32,000 bases of DNA from the NCBI RefSeq assembly GCF_037113525.1, contig NZ_CP146963.1, positions 2,553,052-2,585,051 of the forward strand, in the 5' to 3' direction. Below the pieces are notes generated by a model. It had not been told where the DNA came from and ran no database searches. It worked only from the letters and a program-made list of their open reading frames with translations. Both the position numbers and the translations under genes were made by a program. The stretch is from Butyrivibrio fibrisolvens (lineage in GTDB: Bacteria; Bacillota; Clostridia; Lachnospirales; Lachnospiraceae). Below are positions 16,311 to 25,077 of the stretch, in pieces. Position 1 is the first letter of the stretch. Each line of letters begins with the position of its first letter.

Positions 16311-19300
16311 TTAACGTTTCAGGTTAGTAAGTTCTTCAAGAAGTGTATCTGAAACTGTGATAATTCTGGAATTCGCCTGGAAACCACGCTGTGCTGTGAT
16401 CATGTTGGTGAACTCATTGGAAAGGTCTACGTTACTCATTTCCAAAACGCCGGTTGAGATTGAACCGCCGCCAACTGTGATATCCTGAACTACAGGATCA
16501 CCTGAGTTGAGTGTTGCTGTATAGAGGTTGTTACCTGCCTTCTCAAGACCTGATGCATTAGCAAATGTTGCAGATGCAATCTGTCCAAGAAGAAGTGTCT
16601 GACCGTTAGAGTAAGATGCTGAGATCTTACCATCCTTAGAGATCGTAATACCTGTCATTGTACCCATCATACGTCCTGTGTTGTTACCTGCAAGGTCTCC
16701 CTTTGAAGCCTGAAGAGTAGATGTTCCTGATGAGTTGTAGTTAGTTGTTGTTGAAAGATCAAGGTATACATCTGTCCAAGGGTTAACTGTATCATCCATA
16801 TCAGGATTGAAGTTAAGGATGATCTTATCAGTTGTAATGGTTGAATATCCCATTCCGTTCTCTGATCCGTCAGCCTGCTTGAAGGTTGCTCCGATATAAG
16901 AACCATTAGCATGATCGTAGTTAAGAGTCATTTCGTTACGGTTGTACTCTGTTGCTATAGTCTTATAGGAGTTATCTGTGATTGTAAGAGATGCATTACC
17001 ACTTGTATCCATTTCTATTGTATAAGTATCATATGGTTCACTTGTATCAAACTCATTACTGGATATTCCAAATGCATTTTTAGCAAGTGCTGAAAGAGAT
17101 GTCATATTACCTGATGTATCAACATCTTCTGTTGTCGTAAGTGATACAGTAATAGTTGTTCCTGATGCTGATGCTGAATATCCATCTGCTGTATTAAGTG
17201 TATAATCTGTATCTTTATAACTTGTAATCTGAAGTCCACTTGAAGAAATAACATATGACGACTTTGAATACGTTGACTCAGAAACATAGTCCTGTACTTT
17301 TGTAGCATCTAATCCAAATGCTTTAAGAATGCCTTCTGCTTGTGAATTATCTGTAAGATCTGTAAGCTTGCCTGATGAATTTATTGTATATTCATGTACT
17401 GACGATTCATCATTGAATGCAACTTTTTCAGTTCCAACATTTGCCGTAACAGGTTTTGTTGTGTCCATTTCATATGTATCAGTCTTTGGTTCATATGTTT
17501 TATATGTAACAACCATTGATAATGTATTATTTGTTGTGTCTACAGTTATTGCATATGTTGCATTTGCTCCCTCTGCAAGGTATTTCTCTTTATCTTCACT
17601 TGATATTCCAAAATAGGTAGCAATAGCATCTGTAAGACTACCTGTTTTAGTTACATCAGCATAACCTGTACCATATGTAATTCTAATGGGATCTGTTGTG
17701 TCATCTGTTGTTGTAAAATCACAGGAATAGCCAGTTGCAAGTGAATCAGCGACCGATGTATTATTCTTTGCTTCTTTATATGAAACAAGTAATTTAGCGT
17801 ATTTATTACCACTTTTTTCATATTGTTCAAATCTATATGAAGCATCAGGATGATCGCTAGTATATGTAGCTGGAGTCAAATTGTTGTAATATGCTAGTAT
17901 TTTTGCTCCGTCCTCGCTAGCTGCAAAATCCGAAAAATTTGTTCCCGAAACATCAGTATTAACTTTTTCAGCTTTTCCTTCTCTGATGGTTGCAGTACCG
18001 CTTGTAACCACAACTTCATAACCACTTCCAACTCCAAGAGTAGTTGTAGTAGGAACTGTAAGAGTTACTGTACTTCCATCTTCTGTATGATATGTACTAG
18101 CAGAATTCAATCCTGTAGGAATCTTATAAGCAGTTTTAAGTGCTGATGATATTGCTGTATACTTACCACCATCAACGTCTGATGTAAGAGTACCAGTAGT
18201 AGTTTTATACTCAATAGTAGCTACTGATCCGGATACAGTTACTTTATAAGATGCTGTGTTAGTATCATTTACTACTGCCTTTTTTGTAGTTGTTGAAGTT
18301 GTTCCTGTATGTGAGATAGTAAGATTTCCAAGATTATCCATTGTATATGTATCTGCGTCATAGAAAGTCTTACCATCGATAGCTATGTTATAAAGGTCTT
18401 TTAAAACACCGGCATTATCAAGATCTTTAAGAGTTCCACTTGTTGGTACTGCTGAAAACATTGTTGTATCAGTTGTTGTACTGTCACTATCTGACAGAGC
18501 AAAATCTGCAGTTCCCTTAGCTGCTGAATAATTAGATACATAATAACCGGACTTAAGTACTCCGGGAACCTGCTCTGTAACACCAGCCTGTGCATCGCTT
18601 CCAAGATGTACATTTGCAAGCTGCTCTGCTCCAACTGATACACCATCAGAATCCATGATGTCTGTAAGTGTCATTGTATATGTGTTCATTTCGTTATCTA
18701 CGTCCTTGATTGTGAACTCTGCTGTGTAGAGGTAACCAAGGTTATCGTAGAACTCGAGAGCTATTTTTTTACCTGCGGATGATGTGATGTTTGTATCCTT
18801 AGCGTCGATATTACCGCTGATAACTGCCTGAGATGTTCCTTCAGGAGGGAATGTACTGGTCTCATCTGACATGATCTGGAGCTTGGTAAGACCGCCGTTT
18901 GTATTTATTGATGTAACACCTGTTTCTTCATCAGTAACTGCCATCCATCCCATGATGTAGTAACCGTCTGACTGAGTAGCAAGATTACCATTACCATCTA
19001 CATAGAATGAACCATCTCTCGTGTATACATTCTGGGTACCGTCATTGACGATGAAGAATGCATCACCGGATATCATAAGATCGTATGGATTGTTTGTAGT
19101 CTGAGTTGCACCCTGAGTCTCTATCGCTGTAGCTATGGAAGCTGACTGAGCACCAAGACCTATCTGGCGGGCATTGACACCACCGGTTGTTTCGGTTGAG
19201 CCTGATGCGTGCTGTGTTGTCTGGTACATCAGATCTGAAAAGCTGATAGACTGGGACTTAAAAGATGTGGTGTTTACGTTAGCGATGTTGTTACCGATAA

Positions 19301-19361
19301 CATCCATTTTGGTCTGGTGAGTCTTGAGACCTGCAACACCTGAATACATTGATCTTAACAT
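16311..19361 (-). CDS. flgE: Flagellar hook protein FlgE, unusually large (1016 aa) with a repetitive central insertion
   Basis: The canonical rod/hook N-terminus is present (MLRSMYSGVAGLKTHQTKMDVIGNNIANVNTTSFK). So is the C-terminus (GVLEMSNVDLSNEFTNMITAQRGFQANSRIITVSDTLLEELTNLKR). About 600 Thr/Ser/Asp/Tyr-rich residues lie between the conserved D1/D2 segments. AGGAGG RBS. Confidence 0.9.
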   Translation of the reverse strand: MLRSMYSGVAGLKTHQTKMDVIGNNIANVNTTSFKSQSISFSDLMYQTTQHASGSTETTGGVNARQIGLGAQSASIATAIETQGATQTTNNPYDLMISGDAFFIVNDGTQNVYTRDGSFYVDGNGNLATQSDGYYIMGWMAVTDEETGVTSINTNGGLTKLQIMSDETSTFPPEGTSQAVISGNIDAKDTNITSSAGKKIALEFYDNLGYLYTAEFTIKDVDNEMNTYTMTLTDIMDSDGVSVGAEQLANVHLGSDAQAGVTEQVPGVLKSGYYVSNYSAAKGTADFALSDSDSTTTDTTMFSAVPTSGTLKDLDNAGVLKDLYNIAIDGKTFYDADTYTMDNLGNLTISHTGTTSTTTKKAVVNDTNTASYKVTVSGSVATIEYKTTTGTLTSDVDGGKYTAISSALKTAYKIPTGLNSASTYHTEDGSTVTLTVPTTTTLGVGSGYEVVVTSGTATIREGKAEKVNTDVSGTNFSDFAASEDGAKILAYYNNLTPATYTSDHPDASYRFEQYEKSGNKYAKLLVSYKEAKNNTSVADSLATGYSCDFTTTDDTTDPIRITYGTGYADVTKTGSLTDAIATYFGISSEDKEKYLAEGANATYAITVDTTNNTLSMVVTYKTYEPKTDTYEMDTTKPVTANVGTEKVAFNDESSVHEYTINSSGKLTDLTDNSQAEGILKAFGLDATKVQDYVSESTYSKSSYVISSSGLQITSYKDTDYTLNTADGYSASASGTTITVSLTTTEDVDTSGNMTSLSALAKNAFGISSNEFDTSEPYDTYTIEMDTSGNASLTITDNSYKTIATEYNRNEMTLNYDHANGSYIGATFKQADGSENGMGYSTITTDKIILNFNPDMDDTVNPWTDVYLDLSTTTNYNSSGTSTLQASKGDLAGNNTGRMMGTMTGITISKDGKISASYSNGQTLLLGQIASATFANASGLEKAGNNLYTATLNSGDPVVQDITVGGGSISTGVLEMSNVDLSNEFTNMITAQRGFQANSRIITVSDTLLEELTNLKR

Positions 19362-19556
19362 AGATAAAACCTCCTACTTGTCGATACCATTCACAGTCTG
19401 CCATTATCCGTAAATTATTCGAATTTACCTTTTTTAGCAAAACTATGAAAATGATTGGTATCAGCAGGAGCAGAATATTTCTTGAAAAATCCTTCTGTCA
19501 GTCGGGATTTTCTAGACCTCTTTGTAGAAAAAAATCTTTTTTTCTTAAGTCCGGCC

Positions 19557-19970
19557 TTATGCTATTACTGCTCCATCGATATTTGTAAATACTTTGCTAT
19601 CACTCTTGTCGTTCTGGTTCATTGCTGTAACTACTGTATTGTTTGGTACGTTTACTATGAATGCTAATGAATCGACCAGTATAAGTGATTCGCTGATTCC
19701 TTTCTCTCCTGCCTGTATCTTTCCCTGATTCAGGCGTTCAAGCTGTTGTTTGGTGATTTCGATATTTCTGTCACTTAATCTTGCCGCTGCATGTTTTGAA
19801 AATTTAAGCGGCTCGTTTAGTTTTTTCAGTTCCTGCGCTTTGTCCAGAATGGATGCGAATGATTCCTTGCCTTCACCGATCTGGACGTTTGGTTTTGAAA
19901 CTTTGTCTTTGCCCAGGTACTGACCCTGAACTTGATCTATGGAAAGAAAGGATGGATTCAAACTATTCAT
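19557..19970 (-). CDS. Small flagellar operon protein (TIGR02530-like) between flgD and flgE
   Basis: 137 aa with the motif FSKHAAARLSDRNIEIT...SLILVDSLAFIVNVPNNTVVTA. From memory this matches the Firmicute flagellar operon protein family that occupies this slot. Not verified by search. Confidence 0.55.
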   Translation of the reverse strand: MNSLNPSFLSIDQVQGQYLGKDKVSKPNVQIGEGKESFASILDKAQELKKLNEPLKFSKHAAARLSDRNIEITKQQLERLNQGKIQAGEKGISESLILVDSLAFIVNVPNNTVVTAMNQNDKSDSKVFTNIDGAVIA

Positions 19971-20081
19971 TTGTCTGCCTTCTCCTTTCTATTTCAGGGG
20001 GCTAAATTTTTCTTTAACCCCCTTATTCCTTTTTCTAGGTACTACTTTAGATGTTTGTCGTATGTCTTTTCCTGATCATTC

Positions 20082-20810
20082 TTAATCGTTGTCTACTTCC
20101 TCAGATTCCTGAACTTCTTCAACCTGTCTGTTTCCTGAAGTTTTTTCTGATTCCGCTACTGCTTTTTCCATAAGGTCTGCATACTTAAGAGCGTACTGTG
20201 AAATCTTGGTAAGTTCTGTTGCTGAGAAGAATGCTGAAGGATCACCTGTCATTGATTCGTATGCTCCGAGCATCTTCTCGATATTTTCTTTGTCAGCATA
20301 AAGTGTTATGTAATCTACAGCCGGGAGCTTATCCAGCATTTCAAGTACGGTTCCTGCCAGCTGCGTGTTGTCATAATATGTGCCATCGACAACTGCATTT
20401 ACATCGTCGAGCTTGTACTTGTTACCGTTTACGCTTACATAAGAATCGCCGCTTTCATAAGAAACGAAATCAACCTTACCTTCAACGATAGACTTAACTT
20501 CGCCGGTATCTTCATCTACCTGTTTGATCTGAACTGTCTTGCCTACCATGTCGGCTGCTCTGTTAAGTGCTACTGTGTTAGCCAGATTCTGCATCTGCTC
20601 AACCTGTGTGAACTGAGCGTACTGTGAAATATACTCTGTGTTGGAAGTAGGTTCCAGGGGGTCCTGATATTTCATCTGTGCACACAGAAGCTGCATGAAC
20701 TGCTCTTTGTATTCGCCGATTTTGTTGTTAGATGTGGTTTCCGTTTTTTCTGAAGCAGCTTTACTGTTATTTACGATTACTCCATCTTTTACTATTGCAT
20801 CTACTGCCAT
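20082..20810 (-). CDS. flgD: Flagellar hook capping/assembly protein FlgD
   Basis: FlgD N-terminal signature FMQLLCAQMKYQDPLEPTSNTEYISQYAQFTQVEQM. The track starts at a GTG at 20819. The ATG at 20810 (MAVDAIV...) has a GAGGTGG RBS 5 nt upstream. Confidence 0.85.
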   Translation of the reverse strand: MAVDAIVKDGVIVNNSKAASEKTETTSNNKIGEYKEQFMQLLCAQMKYQDPLEPTSNTEYISQYAQFTQVEQMQNLANTVALNRAADMVGKTVQIKQVDEDTGEVKSIVEGKVDFVSYESGDSYVSVNGNKYKLDDVNAVVDGTYYDNTQLAGTVLEMLDKLPAVDYITLYADKENIEKMLGAYESMTGDPSAFFSATELTKISQYALKYADLMEKAVAESEKTSGNRQVEEVQESEEVDND

Positions 20811-20875
20811 TTTTTCCACCTCGTTACTTTGACCTTTTGTGGCCGGGGATCAGACCATTTTGTGATTCTGACCAC

Positions 20876-22363
20876 TTAAGCCTGGTAGTCAACTGTCTGT
20901 CCGTTTGCTGCCATCATTTCGGCTGCCAGTCTAGTTTCTTCGTCGAGCTCCAAGGTTCCCTCCTGCAATAGGTCCGGGTCTCCAAGGTTAATTCTTCGTA
21001 TTCTGCTCTGACGTTTTTCTTCCTTCTCTGATGCGTTCTGCTGATTTCCTTTTTCAAGGTTTTGTTCGAATGCGTGTGCATCAACTGCTACTTCTACTGC
21101 GTTTACTTTGATGCCTTGTTCATCGAGCTTTTGCTGAAGCTGTATTAGCTGTGTCTGAAGTGCTGTCTTGGCTTCTTCTGTGGATGCTGTGAATCTTGCT
21201 GTAACTCCGCCGTCTTGTGCCTGCTCTACCATGACTCTTACTGTTCCAAGGCTTGCGGGATGAAGCTGTATCTCCATTGATGTCATTGTCTCTTTGACGT
21301 TAACTTTCATGTAATCTGTGATCTGGTTTATAACGTCCAATGGATTTGTGCCTTGAGTCTGGGGTCTTGTGCTTTCATTTACTGCTTCATTAAATGCGTT
21401 CTTCAGGTCATTTACCATTTGCTGATAAGGATTCATTTCAGGAGTTTTGATCTCATCTGTCTGGGAAAAGAGATTATTGTTTTCGCCTTTAAATTCTTTG
21501 CCTTCGCCTTCGTGTTTTTCAGTATCTTTACTTTCTTTTACCTGTTCGCTTTCTAAAAGACCTTTATCTGATGCTTCAATCTCTATCTTGTCTTCTAATG
21601 TCTTCGGTTCTGCGTCTTTTAGATTTTTAATGTTTTGTTCAAAGGTTCCTGAAAGCTCTTTTCCTTGAAACGTCTTAAGAGTTTCAAGCATCTGATCTAT
21701 CTCCTGAGGCTCAGCGTCGTAATCTGTAGCTATGTCCTCAATCATCTTGCGAGCGCTTTCCATCAGGTCTTGCAGTGAATGTGAAAGATCTTCATCCATT
21801 AGAATCTCTGAAACATCCTCTGTACCGGTGACTTCCATTACCACTTGTGTCAGATTCTCAGGATTAAAAAGATCTGTTAGTGTCAATCCAAGCTGTGCTA
21901 AAATCTCTAATACTTCTTCATCTGTTACATCAAGTTCATCGGCTATCTCTGATACCAGCTCTTTGCCTGCATCTTCTAAATCTTCGCTTATCTCAGAGAT
22001 TTTGTTTTCAAGATCGTTTGCCTTGTTCTCTTCTTTGATGCCTTGTGTCTGTTTCTTGTCTGGTCTGTTTGTTTCTGCTTTTTTAGTGTCTGTTTTTGAA
22101 TCCTTTATTCTGTTTTCTGTGTCTGTCCGTCCTTTGTTGTTCACATCTTTTTGTGAAGCGGTCTGTCCGGTGTTTTGCAATGTACTATCTTTTTGTAGTG
22201 AATTGTTTGAGCCTGATATGTTCGATAGTCTTGCATCCTCGATGACACTGCCAAAATCACCGCCTTTGGTCGCCTGTTGTACTTTGCCTTGCTGCCGAGT
22301 CTGGGTCGATATCTGCGGCATCATAGAAAGTACTAAGGCTTCGCCCATTGTGCTTCCTGGCAT
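20876..22363 (-). CDS. fliK: Flagellar hook-length control protein FliK
   Basis: 495 aa. Long Glu/Lys/Asp/Thr-rich disordered ruler region and a C-terminal Flg_hook-type domain (MEIQLHPASLGTVRVMVEQAQDGGVTARFTASTEEAKTALQTQLIQLQQKLDEQGIKV). GGAAAGGAG RBS. Confidence 0.8.
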   Translation of the reverse strand: MPGSTMGEALVLSMMPQISTQTRQQGKVQQATKGGDFGSVIEDARLSNISGSNNSLQKDSTLQNTGQTASQKDVNNKGRTDTENRIKDSKTDTKKAETNRPDKKQTQGIKEENKANDLENKISEISEDLEDAGKELVSEIADELDVTDEEVLEILAQLGLTLTDLFNPENLTQVVMEVTGTEDVSEILMDEDLSHSLQDLMESARKMIEDIATDYDAEPQEIDQMLETLKTFQGKELSGTFEQNIKNLKDAEPKTLEDKIEIEASDKGLLESEQVKESKDTEKHEGEGKEFKGENNNLFSQTDEIKTPEMNPYQQMVNDLKNAFNEAVNESTRPQTQGTNPLDVINQITDYMKVNVKETMTSMEIQLHPASLGTVRVMVEQAQDGGVTARFTASTEEAKTALQTQLIQLQQKLDEQGIKVNAVEVAVDAHAFEQNLEKGNQQNASEKEEKRQSRIRRINLGDPDLLQEGTLELDEETRLAAEMMAANGQTVDYQA

Positions 22364-22521
22364 GTACTGTCGCTCCTTTCCAGCTATATCTTTGACTTCC
22401 GTGTCATGGATTTGCTTAAGAACTTTAGACGCGCTTCCCTGCGCATATATTACTTGTCATCACATATATCGGAGTGAAATGCAAAAGGAATAACCTTTTC
22501 TGATAAAAAAGAAATGGGGGA

Positions 22522-22753
22522 GCGTTTTTGGGGATAGCGGGGGAGATTTGGCAGAAACCACTGATATAATCCTCGAGCTACCTTGCCACTCGTCGTAGGG
22601 GCTTATATTGTTCGCATTAGGGTAATTGGATACGTACAGTTTTTTTACGAATTGACGTACGATGCCCCTGGACACTCCTCGTACGGATTACGCTCGAGGA
22701 TTATATCAGTGGTTTCTGCCAAATCTGCGGTATCGTTTCTCTCCAAAAAACGC
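22522..22753. mobile_element. MITE-like element: about 232 bp bounded by long inverted repeats (35-bp perfect core)
   Basis: AGATTTGGCAGAAACCACTGATATAATCCTCGAGC at 22545-22579 is the exact reverse complement of 22692-22726. The arms extend imperfectly outward to GCGTTTTTGG (22522) and CCAAAAAACGC (22753). It contains no credible ORF. Confidence 0.6.
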
Positions 22754-22780
22754 GTAGTAGAAAGTAGCGAAGAAAATCGC

Positions 22781-22829
22781 TGCAATTAAAAAATCCCACA
22801 GTAGGGGATTTTTCCTTGCTGTGGGATTT
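22781..22829 (-). terminator. Intrinsic terminator downstream of the Rpn/small-ORF pair
   Basis: The minus-strand RNA reads AAAUCCCACAG-17 nt-CUGUGGGAUUU followed by UUUAAUUG. An alternative stem, AAAAAUCCC/GGGAUUUUU, uses the same bases. It lies 32 nt after the stop at 22861. Confidence 0.6.
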
Positions 22830-22860
22830 ATCGATTCTATCGATTATTTATTATGATTAA

Positions 22861-23058
22861 TTACTTCTTTTCTTTCATTAAAGCGCTGACACGTTCTATG
22901 TACTCTTTTGCTTTATCGTCTGAAATGTTATATTTTTTACATAACTTATCTTGTATTACATCCACTGAAATATTGTCTTCGATCTTATCTTCTATGAAGA
23001 TAAAAATACCCTGCTCATAAATTATGAAACCAGGTAAATCAAGTACTTTTCCACCCAT
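22861..23058 (-). CDS. Hypothetical 65-aa protein immediately downstream of the Rpn-like nuclease
   Basis: ATG at 23058, 50 nt after the Rpn stop. The C-terminal half is helical and Lys/Glu-rich (ISVDVIQDKLCKKYNISDDKAKEYIERVSALMKEKK). This resembles the C-terminal tails often fused to Rpn-family proteins, a comparison made from memory. No family assignment possible. Confidence 0.4.
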   Translation of the reverse strand: MGGKVLDLPGFIIYEQGIFIFIEDKIEDNISVDVIQDKLCKKYNISDDKAKEYIERVSALMKEKK

Positions 23059-23108
23059 AACATTCCCATTTTCCTTTGGACATTAACTTATATTTCTTGA
23101 TACATTAA

Positions 23109-24023
23109 TCAGCAAGACGATATATGAGTTTCATTAGAAAAAAACTCTTCAATAAGTTGTTTTCTATATCCCTGATCACTCATTGCCTTATCAAAATCAT
23201 CAAGTCTACCGAGTTCTTTCAGTTTCTGATATAACTGGCTCATAATATCTATTCCACTATCATATCCTTTTCCGTACCCATTCTCATATGACGATTCTTT
23301 GACATGATTGATATGTGCTTCTTCGTTATATTCAGTAAACAGCATTTCCTTCGCCTCCATTCTATGAGCTTCCAGAATTTCCTTCATAATGCCTTCGTTG
23401 ATGCAATCGTCTATTGCCTTATCTATCGCATCTCCAAGCACCATCCCGCTTTGACAGTTACTTCTGATTCTTGAGATAAGCAATGCATAGTCTCTAAGCT
23501 CCGTGCACTTCTCCATAAGTTCCTTATTGTGCTCATAATTGATATTAAGCACAGTTGCCTTACATTCAAGAGCTGGTTCAAACTTGCCATCACCATTAAA
23601 TGCATCACTTAAGCTAAGCACTTTCCTGTCTGGTTCTTCCTTAGTTCCATTATAAAATACCACAAACTGCGGCATTGGTATCTTTACAAGCTTATCATCA
23701 AAAAAATCGTACTTCTCATATACAGTCTTGTGATAAAGCTTCGAAAGATAGATAAAACCTCTGAATGGCATATTGGGATTAACCGAACTCTGGTGTTCAT
23801 AAAGGTTCATCTTATCTGTAAACAGGAAAGACACATCGTTTTTCATGTTCAAGTATAAGAAATCCTCGATAGTGTTGATCTCAATGTCATCAGGATTCGT
23901 ATAATTGGTCCCATTTACAGCATTATACAAATTAAGCAAGGCTTTCTTTGATGAAAAAACCTTCTTGAAAAATCTGTCCTTGTGCTCTCTGTTGCCCCTG
24001 TTTTCAGTTACTACTTCTTCCAT
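23109..24023 (-). CDS. Rpn/YhgA-family PD-(D/E)XK recombination-promoting nuclease (putative transposase_31 family)
   Basis: 304 aa. N-terminal HKDRFFKKVF motif and the family-typical block NLYEHQSSVNPNMPFRGFIY (compare the EHQS....M.fR motif of E. coli RpnA-E). Strong GGAGGT RBS. Confidence 0.72.
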   Translation of the reverse strand: MEEVVTENRGNREHKDRFFKKVFSSKKALLNLYNAVNGTNYTNPDDIEINTIEDFLYLNMKNDVSFLFTDKMNLYEHQSSVNPNMPFRGFIYLSKLYHKTVYEKYDFFDDKLVKIPMPQFVVFYNGTKEEPDRKVLSLSDAFNGDGKFEPALECKATVLNINYEHNKELMEKCTELRDYALLISRIRSNCQSGMVLGDAIDKAIDDCINEGIMKEILEAHRMEAKEMLFTEYNEEAHINHVKESSYENGYGKGYDSGIDIMSQLYQKLKELGRLDDFDKAMSDQGYRKQLIEEFFSNETHISSC

Positions 24024-24034
24024 TTGTTACCTCC

Positions 24035-24063
24035 ATTATATGTACTGATATTTTTGCTTGCAA
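24035..24063 (-). promoter_or_regulatory. Sigma-A-type promoter for the Rpn-like gene (TTGCAA-N17-TATAAT)
   Basis: On the minus strand, TTGCAA is at 24063-24058, a 17-nt spacer follows, and TATAAT is at 24040-35. The -10 box abuts the GGAGG RBS at 24033-24029. The predicted start site therefore falls only about 4 nt before the ATG. Confidence 0.5.
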
Positions 24064-24335
24064 CATCAAATACACAAGAGGCATTCCTTGAAAAAAGACT
24101 TATCAGAATCAAAAGATACAAAAAGTTCTGGCTATAAAGCTAAAAAAACATTAAGTTCATCAATTTATAGTAATAATCTTCAAATTCAAAATAGGGATAA
24201 ATGGCGAAAATGCCGTGATACCTCTACATGCATAAGAACATTGCTAACAAAGTGTAGCATAACTACTCTTTATTGTAAAGGCTCACGGCACATACCAAAT
24301 ATATACAGAGTTCAGAAAAACTCCCATGTATTTCT

Positions 24336-25037
24336 TTATTGAAATACAATCTTCAATTCATAATTACTATCTACAGCTTCAACAACCGGCGCATATATGG
24401 CATATACGGCGTCCAAAGCAAGGTCATCGGCTTCCTGCCCATTGGCGGTGGTATTGAATTTTTCTACTAATCTGTCTCTGAGCTCTGTTTCTATTATGTT
24501 GTAGTCTGAAAGTGTAAGTTTTATTGTTCCAATCGCCCAGAAACCGGTTGTCTGCTCTCCGATCTCAACCTTGTTAGGGTCAATATCGATGGTATCAAGC
24601 CTTGGATGTGGGATCTTAATCGTCAGAACTTTATTTTCGCTGTCATCAATTATGTTAGCAGCGGTCAGTTCATCAAGTTCTACGATAAAAGAGCCTTTGC
24701 CGGTATATTTAACTGTTTGGTACTTTTTGGTTGACTCAGCATCAAGGAAGCTAAACATTCTGTCTTCAATCGTATAACTGACAGTACCTTCCTGTTCAAA
24801 CACAACAAGTTTCCGAGTTTCATTAGGTTTTGACAAGATTACTTCAGAAAATGAAACTCTCACTCCACTATCACTAAGAACTATGGTATTAGGATCGACA
24901 ACTGTTACGCCATCCCTATATTTCGAAAGATCATAACTTTTATAGTCTTTATATATAAGCCAGATCACAATTGAAGAAATGATGCAGATAACGCAAAAAA
25001 CGATGCTAATTACTTTAAATACGGTTGCTTTTTTCAT
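24336..25037 (-). CDS. DUF4230-like membrane-anchored protein
   Basis: N-terminal TM helix (VFKVISIVFCVICIISSIVIWLI). The core VKYTGKGSFIVELDELTAANIIDDSENKVLTIKIPHPRLDTIDIDPNKVEI matches my recollection of the DUF4230 pattern. Preferred start is the ATG at 25037 (MKKATVF) with a GGGAGAG RBS. The track start at 25055 is a TTG. Confidence 0.55.
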   Translation of the reverse strand: MKKATVFKVISIVFCVICIISSIVIWLIYKDYKSYDLSKYRDGVTVVDPNTIVLSDSGVRVSFSEVILSKPNETRKLVVFEQEGTVSYTIEDRMFSFLDAESTKKYQTVKYTGKGSFIVELDELTAANIIDDSENKVLTIKIPHPRLDTIDIDPNKVEIGEQTTGFWAIGTIKLTLSDYNIIETELRDRLVEKFNTTANGQEADDLALDAVYAIYAPVVEAVDSNYELKIVFQ

Positions 25038-25077
25038 ATACAAGCTCTCCCACAAAAATGATGCTGTAACAACTTAC

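Noticed and set aside
19971-20081. AGGGGG-16 nt-CCCCCT hairpin followed by a T-rich run on the plus strand, between flgD and the TIGR02530-like gene
   Set aside because: It would act as a terminator only for plus-strand transcription, and no plus-strand gene exists. On the sense strand it lacks a U-tract, and the stem is only 6 bp.
22466-22472. CCGATAT (minus strand), a sigma-28 -10-like box about 100 nt upstream of fliK
   Set aside because: No TAAA-type -35 element lies at the required 15-16 nt spacing; the sequence there is GGTTAT. On its own the heptamer is too weak to call a promoter. It is kept only as a note, because fliK needs a promoter.
21732-22493. 253-aa plus-strand ORF, together with other long plus-strand ORFs (for example 15391..15867, 30441..30935, 4816..5175, 7420..7839)
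   Set aside because: All lie antisense to strongly supported flagellar genes, are Ser/Leu/Cys-rich with no recognisable motifs, and lack RBS context. They are typical shadow ORFs.
22460-22789. Two oppositely oriented ORFs (71 aa and 68 aa) that both contain ...RIISVVSAKS...
   Set aside because: The shared peptide comes from translating the two arms of the 35-bp perfect inverted repeat. Neither ORF has an RBS or a recognisable fold.
24058-24342. 94-aa plus-strand Lys/Ser-rich ORF in the DUF4230-Rpn intergenic region
   Set aside because: It has AT-rich low-complexity translation and no RBS, it opposes all neighbouring genes, and its start overlaps the Rpn promoter. The region has a long-range stem (TGCCGTGA at 24211 pairing with TCACGGCA at 24283), but I cannot support an RNA gene call.
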